A DNA stretch of 64,000 nucleotides. Origin: an uncultured Actinomycetes bacterium (GTDB lineage: Bacteria; Actinomycetota; Thermoleophilia; Solirubrobacterales; 70-9). Below the pieces are notes generated by a model. It worked only from the letters and a program-made list of their open reading frames with translations, was not told where the DNA came from and did not search any database. Shown here piece after piece: positions 18,014-27,086 of the stretch. The stretch spans positions 100,592 to 164,591 of the forward strand of contig CAVWCG010000003.1 in assembly GCA_963753445.1 (NCBI GenBank), written 5' to 3'. Every line of letters begins with the position of its first letter. Positions within the stretch are counted from its first letter, which is position 1. Position numbers and translations under genes: made by a program.

Positions 18014-18412
18014 GTGAAGATTTCTCAAGCCCTGGTCGACGAAATGGTCGCGCACGCTCGCGAGGACCTGCCGAACGAGTGCTGCGGGATGGTGGGTGGC
18101 GTGGACGGGGAGGCGACCAAGGTGGTGCGGGTCGGCAACGCGGCGGCGACGCCGTTGCGCTACGAGATGGACCCGCAGGGGCAGTTCGACGCGCTGAAGG
18201 AGATCGAAGCGGACGGCGACCTGCTGGCGATCTACCACTCGCACACGAAAAGCGCCGCCTATCCGTCCCAGACCGACGTCAACCAGGCACAGAACTGGCC
18301 GGAACCGGTCTACATCATCATCTCGCTGGCCGATGCCGATAACCCCGATGTGCAGGCCTTCCACCTAGCCGACCTGAAGATCGCCGACGCCGACCTGGAG
18401 ATCGTGGCGTGA
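18014..18412 (+). CDS. mec: JAMM/MPN+ metalloprotease (Mec-like, CysO-cysteine hydrolase)
   Basis: ORF 18014..18412, 132 aa. It has the JAMM motif HSHTKSAAYPSQTD and the upstream Glu context PNECCG. Confidence 0.85.
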   Translation: MKISQALVDEMVAHAREDLPNECCGMVGGVDGEATKVVRVGNAAATPLRYEMDPQGQFDALKEIEADGDLLAIYHSHTKSAAYPSQTDVNQAQNWPEPVYIIISLADADNPDVQAFHLADLKIADADLEIVA

Positions 18413-18880
18413 GCCCCGAGACCAAACACCGCGGCGCCCACTCGCGCGGCTCCCACGGCGGCGGCGGGCACGGCGGCGAGGGTGGCGGCGGCGGAGGCGG
18501 TGGGGGCGGCGGCAAGCTGGTCAAGGTCGGCTTCGCCCGCAGCCAGGCCGAAGCCGAGATGCTGCAGGGCCTGCTGCTCGAGTCCGACATCCCGAGCATC
18601 CTCAAACGCTCGCGCGGCTTCGACAACCCGGACTTCCTCGGCGGCGGCCCGCACGACATCTGGGTCAACTCCGAACACGCTCACGAGGCGCGCCGGCATG
18701 CTCGAGGAAACGATGACCGATGGCGAGGGCGAGGGCGAGGAGCGGGCCGAGCTCGAGGGCGAAGCGCGCCTGCGGCGGACCGGCGGCGAACCGATGACGC
18801 CCGGTCGCCTCGCGCTCTGGGTCGCCGGCGCGGCCGTCGTCGCCGTGATCGTGATCCTGATCGCCTACTGGATCAGCTGA
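18409..18880 (+). CDS. DUF2007-like small protein with Gly-rich N-terminus and C-terminal membrane anchor, frame-disrupted near 18697
   Basis: GTG 18409 overlaps the mec stop. KLVKVGFARSQAEAEMLQGLLLESDIPSILK is in ORF 18409..19161. After ...HEARR the coding signal moves to ORF 18482..18880 (MLEETMTDGEGE...LALWVAGAAVVAVIVILIAYWIS). The span is 3n+1 nt. Confidence 0.6.
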
Positions 18881-18882
18881 CG

Positions 18883-18909
18883 CCGGCCGCTCAGCTGACG
18901 CTGGCCGGC
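18883..18909. terminator. hairpin between convergent gene ends
   Basis: The arms gccggcc / ggccggc flank the palindrome tcagctga. The element covers the stop codon of the minus-strand gene. Confidence 0.4.
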
Positions 18910-19649
18910 CGCACCATCTCGCGCAGGTGGTCGCGCCAGGCGGCTTCGATGTCGCGGAAGCGGGCGTCGAAGGCGTCTTCCAGGGTGACCGCGGGACCGC
19001 CGGGGAGGAGGCCGTCGACGAGGCGCTCGCAGGCCTCGGGCCCGCGCTCGTTCTCGAGCAGGTCGAAGATCGTGCCGCCGAGGATCACCGCGTCGCGGCG
19101 CGATGGCGGGAAGGAGACGCGGCCCGCGCCGCGCAGGCGCAGCAGCACCGCGGCGCGGTAGAGGCCGACCTGGCGGGCGAAGTACTGGGCGCCGCCTTCG
19201 ACCAGCCAGGCCCAGCGCAGGTAGCGGACGAAGCGGCGCGGCGTCCAGGAGGGCGGCAGCGCCGGGTTGTTGGTCGCGATCACCAGCTGGGCGTAGAGGC
19301 GCTCGGCGGTCCCGCGCAGCGCTTCGAGCGAGTCCTCGCCGGCGGCGCGCCGTTCCATGTGGCGGTCGTTGAGGACGTGGAGCTCGGTTGCCATCGGCCA
19401 TCCCGCCAGGTAGCGGCGCCCGGCCGGCGCCGCCGCCCAGCGCGCGGCGGGCAGGAAGGGGTGGGCCATCGTCAGCGAGACCGGGTTGGTGTGGATGACG
19501 ACGGTGACCTCGTCGGGCACCTTGTCGAAACGGTCTTCGAGGCGCAGCCGCAGCGTCTCCATCCGGTCCAGGGTCCGATCGGCGAACGCCGCGTCCTCGG
19601 AGTCGTGGCGCGCGGTGAACGAAAGCGACTCGGTTTCAACCCAGGACAT
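18891..19649 (-). CDS. hypothetical protein (252 aa), family not recognised
   Basis: ORF 18891..19649 has high GC3 and globular-looking composition. I saw no motif I can name. Confidence 0.7.
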   Translation of the reverse strand: MSWVETESLSFTARHDSEDAAFADRTLDRMETLRLRLEDRFDKVPDEVTVVIHTNPVSLTMAHPFLPAARWAAAPAGRRYLAGWPMATELHVLNDRHMERRAAGEDSLEALRGTAERLYAQLVIATNNPALPPSWTPRRFVRYLRWAWLVEGGAQYFARQVGLYRAAVLLRLRGAGRVSFPPSRRDAVILGGTIFDLLENERGPEACERLVDGLLPGGPAVTLEDAFDARFRDIEAAWRDHLREMVRPASVS

Positions 19650-19671
19650 GATCCCAGGCTAGAGCCTGCGT

Positions 19672-19749
19672 TCGGCTGACCAAGCAGAGCAAGGACACAC
19701 GAGCGAGCGTGCTCTGCACGTGAGCGAGCAGGACGCCGCTATGCGCCGG
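19672..19749 (-). repeat. stop-codon-associated structured repeat, copy C
   Basis: On the minus strand it starts right after the stop of the gene at 19750..20379. The reverse complement aligns with copy B (ggcgcata-gcggcgtcct...cgtgcagagcacg...tgtccttg-ctctgcttgg). Confidence 0.65.
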
Positions 19750-20379
19750 TCAGACGAGGGCAGGCTCAGCCGCACCGCACACGTCGCGAATCTCTTCGCG
19801 GGCGCGGTCGAACTCCTCGTCGGCCATCACCGGCGTGCCCTCGAAGGGCAGATCGCGGTCGATCTCGACCCAGGAGCGGCAGCCGTGGTACTCGTCGCGG
19901 ACCCGCACGGTGACCGGGCGGGGGATGCGGTGGACCCGCAGCAGCAGGATGTGAAGGGGGTGACGACGCTTCCAGGCGAGTCGCTTCTCGGCGTAATCCG
20001 GCGTCCAGATGTAGTACGGCGACAGGCAGTCGAGGGTGCGCCGGTCTTCGATCGTGACGTGGTCGGTCACCTCGGCCCAGGCGCGCAGCCGGACACGGTC
20101 GGGCTGGGGGATGCCACCGTCCTGGATCAGGGCTTTCGGCGGCGGCTCCTCGTCGGGCCAGACGCCCTCCTCGAGGGCGCGACGCAGCTCGGGGTGGTGC
20201 GATTCCCGGACCAGGTCGTTCCGCTGGTGGTCGAAGGTCGGATAGAGGAAGAACCGCTCGTGCTCCAGTTCGAAGTGCTTGTTCTCCTCGCGAATTCCGC
20301 CCTTGCGCAGGGTGAGCAGCTGCTCACCCTCGGCGAGAGCGCGGACCGTTACAGCCCATTCCTTGAGAGCGATTGGCAT
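19750..20379 (-). CDS. DUF1802-like protein
   Basis: ORF 19750..20379, 209 aa. Its N-terminus MPIALKEWAVTVRALAEGEQLLTLRKGGI matches my recollection of DUF1802 proteins. This is unverified. Confidence 0.7.
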   Translation of the reverse strand: MPIALKEWAVTVRALAEGEQLLTLRKGGIREENKHFELEHERFFLYPTFDHQRNDLVRESHHPELRRALEEGVWPDEEPPPKALIQDGGIPQPDRVRLRAWAEVTDHVTIEDRRTLDCLSPYYIWTPDYAEKRLAWKRRHPLHILLLRVHRIPRPVTVRVRDEYHGCRSWVEIDRDLPFEGTPVMADEEFDRAREEIRDVCGAAEPALV

Positions 20380-20520
20380 TTGAAGTCAGTACCTAGGGAG
20401 GTCGTGTGCGTGTATAGGGGGCTGGGCGCGTGAAACGGGCTGCGTGAGGCCGTTGTGCCCACCCGAGATCGCGCATTCTAGAGAAGCCCGCGCGAAACAC
20501 CAAATAATTGGTGTCGAAAT

Positions 20521-22032
20521 TTAAGGAGGGCCGTGGCCGCCGCCGCCTGGGGTCTCCAGGCGCAAACGGCTTCCTGGAGCCAGATCGCCGTCGCCCTTGG
20601 AGGGCAGGGAACGTCCGTCCAGGACGTTTCTACCCGGGGCGCCGTCGGCACCGCCGTCGCGCCCGCGGGGCGCCTGGCGACGGCGCTCGGTGAGCAGGGT
20701 GAAGCGCATCGGGGCGAGGGCTTCCAGCTCGCGGACGAGGCCGTCGCCGCCGCGGTGGGCGCCGGCGCCGCCCGAACCCCGGCGCAGGGCCAATTCGCGG
20801 ACCCGCAGCGGGAACTCGGTCTCGAGCGCCTCGACCGGGGTGTTCAGCGTGTTCGACATCGCGACGTGGATCGCGCTCGGGCCGTCGGCGTCGGGGCAGG
20901 CGCCCTGGCCGCCGCCAAGCGTCTCGTAGTAGGTGAAGTCCGCGCCCGCGAGGGTCAGGTTGTTCATCGTGCCCTGGCCCTGGGCGGGGACCGGGCGGGC
21001 GCCTGAGAGCGCCGCGATCACCAGGTCGGCGACCCGGCTCGAGGTCTCGACGTTGCCGGCGACGACGGCGGCGGGCGGCTCGGCGTTGAGGAGGCAGCCG
21101 CGCGGGGCGGTGACCTCGATCGGGCGGTGGGCGCCCGCGCAGGGCGGCGCGTCGGGGTCGCTGAGGACGCGCACCGCGAAGAAGGCCGCCGATTTCGTCA
21201 CCGAGAGCGGGCAGTTGAGGTTGCCGTCGACCTGGGGATCGGTGCCGGCGAAGTCGAGGCGCAGGGTCCCGCCGGCGACGGTCGCCTCGACCCGCAGGTG
21301 GACGTCGCGCTCGGAGCCGTCGGGACGGTCGTCTTCGAGGATGTCCGCGGCGGCGTAGGTGCCGTCGGGGAGCGCGGCGAGGGCGGCGCGGGTGCGGCGC
21401 TCGGCGTAGGCGAGGATCTCGTCCATCCCCTCGCGCAGCCCGGCGGCGCCGTGGCGCGAGGCGAGCTCCCCCAGGCGCTGCCGCCCGACCCGGTTGGCCG
21501 ACTGCTGGGCGCGCAGGTCGGCGAGCCGCTGGCGCGGGTTGCGCATCGCCGCGACGAGGCGGTCGAGCGCCTCGGGGTCGGCCCGGGTCGGCGGGATGAC
21601 GACGCCCTCCTCCTCGAGCGTGTGGGAGAAGGCGGGCATCGAGCCGGGGGTGGGGCCGCCGACGTCGGCGTGGTGGGCGCGCGCGGCGGCGAAGCCGAAG
21701 AGCTCGCCGTCGACGAAGACGGGCGAGACGAGGGTGATGTCGGGGAGGTGGGTGCCGCCGCGGTAGGGGTCGTTGAGGATCCATTCGAGCTCGGGCTCGT
21801 GGTGCTCGCCGAGGACCGCGGCGACGGCGTCGGGCATCGAGCCGAGGTGGACCGGGATGTGCTCGGCCTGCATCACCAGCTCGCCGCTCGCGTCGAAGAG
21901 CGCGGTCGAGCAGTCGTGGCGCTCCTTGATGTTGGCCGAGTAGGCGGAGCGGATCAGGGTCGCGCCCATCTCCTCGCAGGCGGCGCGCAGGCCGCCGATC
22001 AGAACCTGGAGGGTGATCGGGTCGATCGTCAT
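20521..22032 (-). CDS. hyuB: hydantoinase B / oxoprolinase family protein
   Basis: ORF 20521..22032, 503 aa, beginning MTIDPITLQVLIGGLRAACEEMGATLIRSAYSANIKERHDCSTALFD. It overlaps hyuA in an ATGA. Confidence 0.9.
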   Translation of the reverse strand: MTIDPITLQVLIGGLRAACEEMGATLIRSAYSANIKERHDCSTALFDASGELVMQAEHIPVHLGSMPDAVAAVLGEHHEPELEWILNDPYRGGTHLPDITLVSPVFVDGELFGFAAARAHHADVGGPTPGSMPAFSHTLEEEGVVIPPTRADPEALDRLVAAMRNPRQRLADLRAQQSANRVGRQRLGELASRHGAAGLREGMDEILAYAERRTRAALAALPDGTYAAADILEDDRPDGSERDVHLRVEATVAGGTLRLDFAGTDPQVDGNLNCPLSVTKSAAFFAVRVLSDPDAPPCAGAHRPIEVTAPRGCLLNAEPPAAVVAGNVETSSRVADLVIAALSGARPVPAQGQGTMNNLTLAGADFTYYETLGGGQGACPDADGPSAIHVAMSNTLNTPVEALETEFPLRVRELALRRGSGGAGAHRGGDGLVRELEALAPMRFTLLTERRRQAPRGRDGGADGAPGRNVLDGRSLPSKGDGDLAPGSRLRLETPGGGGHGPP

Positions 22033-24086
22033 GGGGTGCTCCGAGGGGGAGAAGATGGGGACCCTTCGCTCACGAACTGGGAGGTTCGCTCAGGGTCCCC
22101 ATCTTCTCCCGGCGAGCGGGTGGCGATGATCGTCCCGAACTCATCCACTTGTGCGCTCCAGCCGAGGGGCAGGACGAGGGTCGCCTCGGGGAGCTCGAAG
22201 ATGACGGGGCCCGACGCCTGGCGGCCGGCTTCCGGCTCGCCGCGGAGGACGGGCGTCTCCATCCACTCATCGCCGAAGCGGACGCGGCGTGAGCCCTCTT
22301 CGACCGAGCCGGCGGCGCTCGCGGCGGGGCGCGGCTCGGGGCCGTCGATCACCAGGGCGAGCTGGATGTCGACGAGGACGACCTCCCCGTCGGGATCGCG
22401 GTGCCCGTAGCGGTCCTCGTGGGCGGCCTCGAAGCGGGCGACGAGGTCGGCCGGGTCGGGCTCGGGCTCGCCGGGGACCGGCAGCTCGAAGGCCTGCCCG
22501 GCGTAGCGCATCCCGTAGACCACCTCGGCGCGGGCGCCGTCGAGCCCCGCCCCCGCGGCCTCGCGCAGCTCGCCGACCGCCGCGGCGATCCGCTTGGCGG
22601 TGAGGTCGTCGCCGGCCAGCATCACGGTGCGAGCGGTATCGCGGCGGTGGTCCGACGCGCAGAGGCCGAAGGCGGAGAGGACGCCGCCGGCCCGTGGGCA
22701 GAGCAGTCGATCGATCCCCAGCTCCGCGGCGATCGCGGCGGCGTGCATCGGGCCGGCGCCGCCGAAGGGCAGGAGGGCGAAGCGGCGCGGGTCGACGCCG
22801 CGCTCGACGGTGACGACGCGGAGCGCCCGCACCATCTCCTGGTTGGCGACGCGAACGATCCCGGCGGCGGTCTCGAGCGGGTCGAGCCCGAGTTCGGCGG
22901 CGAGGGCGCCGACCGCCCGCTCGGCCGCCGCGGCGTCGAGCGCGACGCCTCCGGCCAGGGTCGAGTCGGCGGCGAGGTTGCCGAGCATCAGGTCGGCGTC
23001 GGTGACGGTCGGCTCGGTGCCGCCGCGCCCGTAGGCGGCGGGGCCGGGGACGGCGCCCGCCGACCGCGGCCCGACCCGCAGCGCGCCGCCGGGGTCGCGC
23101 CAGCCGATCGAGCCGCCGCCCGCGCCGACCGTGTGGACGTCGACGGTCGGCAGCTGGATCGGGCGGCCGTCGATGGTGCGTGAGTCGGTGCGCCGCACGG
23201 CGCCGTCCTCGACCACGCAGACGTCGCAGGAGGTGCCGCCCATGTCGAAGCCGAGCGCGTTGCCGTCGCCGCTGAGGCGGGCGAGGAGCCCGGCGCCGAC
23301 CGCGCCGCCCGCCGGGCCGGAGAGGACGCTCCAGGCGCCGGCCCGGGCCGCCTCGGCGGCCGGGGCGACGCCGCCCGAGGAGAGCATCACCTGCGGGGCC
23401 GGGAGGCCGGCTGCCGCGGTCGCGTCGGTCAGGCGTCCCAGGTAGCGGCCGAGCAGCGGCGAGAGGTAGGCGTCGATCGCCGTGGTCGAGGCGCGCTCGT
23501 ACTCGCGGAAGCGCGGCAGCACCTCGTGCGAGGCGGAGACGTGGAGGTCGGGGAGGCGCTCGCGCAGGAACTCGGCGAGGCGGCGCTCGTGGGTCGGGTC
23601 GAGGTAGGAGAAGAGCAGGCAGATCGCCACCGACTCGGCGCCCCCCGTTTCGAGCGCCGCGGCGAGCCGCTCCGGCTCGCCGTCGCCGAGCGGCTCGACG
23701 ATCCCCTCCGGGCCGGTCCGCTCGGCCGCCTCCAGCTTCAGCTCGGGGGCGATCAGCGGCGCCGGCTTCGGGGCGCAGAGGTGGTAGAGGCTGGGCCGGT
23801 CCTGGCGGGCGATCTCGAGCAGGTCGCCGAAGCCGCGGGTGGCGATCAGGGCGGTGCGGGCGCCGCGTTCCTCGAGCAGCGCGTTGGTGCCGACCGTCAT
23901 CCCGTGGGCGAAAAGGTCGATGTCGGCGGGCTCGGCGCCCGCCTCCGCGAGGACCGCCGCGAGCGCCGCCATCACACCCTCCGACTCCTCACCCGGCGTG
24001 GTCGGGACCTTGGCGGTGTGGACTGCGCCGTCGTCGAGCAGGACCGCGTCGGTGAAGGTTCCGCCGACGTCGACCCCTAGCAACAT
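22029..24086 (-). CDS. hyuA: hydantoinase A / oxoprolinase family protein
   Basis: ORF 22029..24086, 685 aa, beginning MLLGVDVGGTFTDAVLL. Its last ~28 codons are the translated hairpin at 22047-22110. Confidence 0.9.
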   Translation of the reverse strand: MLLGVDVGGTFTDAVLLDDGAVHTAKVPTTPGEESEGVMAALAAVLAEAGAEPADIDLFAHGMTVGTNALLEERGARTALIATRGFGDLLEIARQDRPSLYHLCAPKPAPLIAPELKLEAAERTGPEGIVEPLGDGEPERLAAALETGGAESVAICLLFSYLDPTHERRLAEFLRERLPDLHVSASHEVLPRFREYERASTTAIDAYLSPLLGRYLGRLTDATAAAGLPAPQVMLSSGGVAPAAEAARAGAWSVLSGPAGGAVGAGLLARLSGDGNALGFDMGGTSCDVCVVEDGAVRRTDSRTIDGRPIQLPTVDVHTVGAGGGSIGWRDPGGALRVGPRSAGAVPGPAAYGRGGTEPTVTDADLMLGNLAADSTLAGGVALDAAAAERAVGALAAELGLDPLETAAGIVRVANQEMVRALRVVTVERGVDPRRFALLPFGGAGPMHAAAIAAELGIDRLLCPRAGGVLSAFGLCASDHRRDTARTVMLAGDDLTAKRIAAAVGELREAAGAGLDGARAEVVYGMRYAGQAFELPVPGEPEPDPADLVARFEAAHEDRYGHRDPDGEVVLVDIQLALVIDGPEPRPAASAAGSVEEGSRRVRFGDEWMETPVLRGEPEAGRQASGPVIFELPEATLVLPLGWSAQVDEFGTIIATRSPGEDGDPERTSQFVSEGSPSSPPRSTP
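22047..22110. repeat. perfect 19-bp inverted repeat at the hyuA/hyuB junction
   Basis: The arms gggagaagatggggaccct and agggtccccatcttctccc are separated by 26 nt. That spacer contains a ttcgctca direct repeat. Confidence 0.75.
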
Positions 24087-24107
24087 GGCGGCGAAGCTAC
24101 CCCCTCC

Positions 24108-24138
24108 GACGCTTGTCCTCCATACGCGGACAAGCGTC
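24108..24138 (-). terminator. hairpin after nadB
   Basis: The 11-bp perfect stem gacgcttgtcc / ggacaagcgtc has a 9-nt loop and no U-tract. It lies between the nadB stop and the hyuA start. Confidence 0.5.
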
Positions 24139-24140
24139 GT

Positions 24141-25586
24141 TCAGTCCCAGGTCTCGCGGCGGGCCGAGCGGTCGGGGGCGAGGACGATGTGGACGCCGTC
24201 GAGGGCCGGGTCGGTCGCCGGGCAGTCGGTGCGCAGGTGCGGGCCGCGCGACTCTTCGCGGGCCAGCGCCGCGCGCGCGATCGCCTTCGCCAGCGGGTAC
24301 GGGTCGGGGATCAGCGCGGCCAGGTCAGTCGGGTTGCGGAGCGGCCCGGCGAGGCGCCAGACCGCGTCGCGGGTGGCGCGGGTCGGCGGGACGAAGCGCC
24401 ACTCGGGCTCGGCCGGGCGCGCCCCGATCTCGGGCTCGTGGAGCGCCGCCCGCGCCGCTCGGCCGCCGAAGACGAAGCACTCGCTGAGCGAGTTGGAGGC
24501 GAGCCGGTTGGCGCCGTGCAGGCCGGTGCAGGAGCACTCGCCGACCGCGTAGAGGCCGGGCAGCGAGGAGCGCCCGTCGAGGTCGACCGCGATCCCGCCC
24601 ATCGTGTAATGGGCGGCCGGGGAGACCGGCACCGGCTCGGCCTGCGGGTCGAGCCCCGCCTCGGCGAGCAGGGCGAAGACGTTGGGGAAGCGGGCCGGGT
24701 CGATCGAGCGCAGGTCGAGCCGCACCGCGGCGCTGCCCTCCTCGCGCAGCTTGGCGAGGATCGCGGCGCTCACCTCGTCGCGCGGGGCGAGCTCGTCGGT
24801 GAAGCGCTCGCCGGTCGCGTCAAGGAGCTTGGCGCCCTCGCCGCGGATCGCCTCGGTGATCAGGGCGCCGTCGAAGCGAGTGTCGGGGAGGGCGAGCGCG
24901 GTCGGGTGGAACTGGCAGAACTCGAGGTCGGCGAGGTCGGCCCCCGCTGCCGCGCCGAAGACCGGACCGGCGCCGATCGCGCCGCGCGGGTTGGTCGTCC
25001 GCCGCCACAGCGCCGCGGCGCCGCCGGTCGCCAGCACCGTCGCCCGCGAGCCGAGCGCGCCGACGTCGGTCAGCACCCCGTGGCAGCGCTCGCCGTCCGA
25101 CCAGAGCGCCGTCGCCGAGGTCCGCTCGCGGACCTCGATCCGCTCGTCGGCGGCGACCATCGCGGCCAGCTTCGAGGTGATCTCGCGGCCCGTCTGGCTG
25201 CCGCCGGAGTGGACGATGCGGCGGGCCGAGTGGCCGCCCTCGAGCCCGAGCGCGAGCCGCCCTTCGTGGTCGAGGTCGAAGACGACGCCGCGCGCCTGCA
25301 GCTCGCGGACCGCGGCCGGGGCCTCCTCGACCAGCACCTGCACCGCGGCGGGGCGGCAGAGCCCGCGGCCGGCGGCGATCGTGTCCTCGGCGTGACGCGC
25401 CGGCGAGTCGCCGGGTTCGAGCGCCGCGGCGAGCCCGCCCTGCGCCCAGAAGCTGGCGCTCTGGGAGAGCGGCGTCCGCGAGACCACGCAGACGCGACCG
25501 CCGAGCTCGGCGGCGCGGAGGGCGGTCCAGAGGCCGGCGGCGCCGCCGCCGACGACGGCGACGTCGTACTGCGCGACCGCGTTTAT
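24141..25586 (-). CDS. nadB: L-aspartate oxidase; N-terminal FAD motif lies upstream of the first canonical start codon
   Basis: ORF 24141..25487 is NadB-like. In frame upstream it continues as AVAQYDVAVVGGGAAGLWTALRAAELGGRVCV, with no ATG, GTG or TTG. The upper limit is set at the ATA codon 25586-25584, which overlaps the upstream TAA. Confidence 0.8.
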   Translation of the reverse strand: MNAVAQYDVAVVGGGAAGLWTALRAAELGGRVCVVSRTPLSQSASFWAQGGLAAALEPGDSPARHAEDTIAAGRGLCRPAAVQVLVEEAPAAVRELQARGVVFDLDHEGRLALGLEGGHSARRIVHSGGSQTGREITSKLAAMVAADERIEVRERTSATALWSDGERCHGVLTDVGALGSRATVLATGGAAALWRRTTNPRGAIGAGPVFGAAAGADLADLEFCQFHPTALALPDTRFDGALITEAIRGEGAKLLDATGERFTDELAPRDEVSAAILAKLREEGSAAVRLDLRSIDPARFPNVFALLAEAGLDPQAEPVPVSPAAHYTMGGIAVDLDGRSSLPGLYAVGECSCTGLHGANRLASNSLSECFVFGGRAARAALHEPEIGARPAEPEWRFVPPTRATRDAVWRLAGPLRNPTDLAALIPDPYPLAKAIARAALAREESRGPHLRTDCPATDPALDGVHIVLAPDRSARRETWD

Positions 25587-26023
25587 TTGTCCCCGCTCTC
25601 CCGGCGGATCTGGTCGATCCGCTCGCGCAGCCAGCCGGCGGCGCCTTCGCGGGCGCGGGCGCTCTCCGCGGCCACCGCTTTCTCGGCTTCCTCGGCGCGC
25701 CGCTCGGCGGCGGCGATCCGCTCCTCGGCGGCGTCCGTCTGGGCCTCGATCTCGCCGAGACGCTCCTCGGCGGCGGCGATCGCCCGCTCTTTCGCCTCAC
25801 GCTCGGAGGAGAGCTCTTCCTCGTGCCGCAGTTCCAGCTCCTTGCGGACGCGGTCGGACTCGGTGCGCCAGCGCTCGAGGTCGGCCTCCAGTGCCCGGAT
25901 CTCCGCCTCGGCGCGTTTTTCGGCGGCCGCCGCGGCCTCGGCGGCAGCGGTCAGCGTGCGCTCGGCCTCGCCGATCCGCGCCTCCATCCCGCCTGCCGCT
26001 GCGCCTGAGTGCTCGTCGCTCAT
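25583..26023 (-). CDS. coiled-coil protein (146 aa), function unknown
   Basis: ORF 25583..26023 has an E/A/R-rich heptad-like sequence (AEAEIRALEADLERWRTESDRVRKELELRHEEE). Its codon bias is consistent with coding. Confidence 0.6.
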   Translation of the reverse strand: MSDEHSGAAAGGMEARIGEAERTLTAAAEAAAAAEKRAEAEIRALEADLERWRTESDRVRKELELRHEEELSSEREAKERAIAAAEERLGEIEAQTDAAEERIAAAERRAEEAEKAVAAESARAREGAAGWLRERIDQIRRESGDK

Positions 26024-26055
26024 CTACATGCCCGCTCCGCGCTCAAGACCCCAAT

Positions 26056-27000
26056 CTAAACGCGGCGGCCGGTCATGTGGCGGTAGACCTCGATCACCCG
26101 CTCGGCCATCGGCCCCGCGGCAAGCGTCGCGGCGCGCGCCGCGCCCGCCACGCGGGGGTCGCCCGCGGCCAGGTGGGGACGGGCGGCGGCCGCCCAGACG
26201 TCGGGGTCGAAGGGGGCGCAGAGGCAGCCCTCGATCCCGGCGAGCAGGTAGGGGGCGATGCCGACCGGGGTCGAGAGGACCGGCACGTCGCAGGCGAGCG
26301 CCTCGATCGCCGCCATCCCGAAGCCCTCGTAGTCGGAGGTGATGAGGACGGCGTCGGCGGCGTTCATCCAGGTCGCCATCGCCTCGGGCTCGATCGAGCC
26401 GCCGGTGAGGAGGTGGGCGTCGGTGGCGGTGGCGAGCGCGGCGGCGCGGTCGTGGCGCTTCTCGCGGCGGGCCGGGTCGGCGGGGAAGAGGAGGTAGCGG
26501 CCGGCCGGCTCGAGGCCGAGCGCCGCGCGGGCGGCGGCGCGCGGGGCGGGGGCGAAGCGGCTGAGCTCGGGGCCGCAGGGGAGGACGGCGGAGCCGGGGA
26601 CGGCGGGCAGGCCGGGGCGGCCGTCCTCCTCGTCGAAGAGCGCGCGGGAGACGCCGGCGACGAGGTCGGCGCGCCAGGCGAGGCGGCGCGAGAGCGGCCC
26701 GACGACGCCGTGGCGGACGTCGGTGCCGTGGAAGGTGACGAGCAGCGGACGGGCGCCGGCGATGTGGGCGACCCAGCCGGCGAGGCCGTAGTGGGCGTGG
26801 ACGAGGTCGAAGCGCTCGTGGCGCAGCAGGGCGCGCAGGCGGCGGATCGCGGGGAGGTAGTGGGAGCGGCCGCGGGGGAAGCCGAATTCCTCGACCTCGA
26901 TGCCGTGGGCGCGGATCTCGGCGACCTGGTCGCGGACCCAGCGGCCGCGCTGCGGCGTCGCCTCGTCGGGAACGAGGTTGGTGACGACGAGGACGCGCAT
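26056..27000 (-). CDS. GT-B fold glycosyltransferase (GT4-like)
   Basis: ORF 26056..27000, 314 aa, beginning MRVLVVTNLVPDE. The C-terminal half has the EGFGMAAIEALACDVPV motif typical of group-1 glycosyltransferases. Confidence 0.8.
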   Translation of the reverse strand: MRVLVVTNLVPDEATPQRGRWVRDQVAEIRAHGIEVEEFGFPRGRSHYLPAIRRLRALLRHERFDLVHAHYGLAGWVAHIAGARPLLVTFHGTDVRHGVVGPLSRRLAWRADLVAGVSRALFDEEDGRPGLPAVPGSAVLPCGPELSRFAPAPRAAARAALGLEPAGRYLLFPADPARREKRHDRAAALATATDAHLLTGGSIEPEAMATWMNAADAVLITSDYEGFGMAAIEALACDVPVLSTPVGIAPYLLAGIEGCLCAPFDPDVWAAAARPHLAAGDPRVAGAARAATLAAGPMAERVIEVYRHMTGRRV

Positions 27001-27086
27001 CGCGGCAGGTTATCCGTGCCTGGGCGGGGTACGGGGAGGCCCTGCGCCGCCGAAACGGCGCCACCGTCGCCTCCCCGTCTGCTTGA

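Noticed and set aside
20497-20514. The AT-rich inverted repeat ACACCAA-ATAA-TTGGTGT downstream of hyuB and upstream of the DUF1802-like gene, as an operator.
   Set aside because: It has short 7-bp arms, occurs once, and has no adjacent regulator. It could be a weak terminator or chance. The evidence is insufficient for a call.
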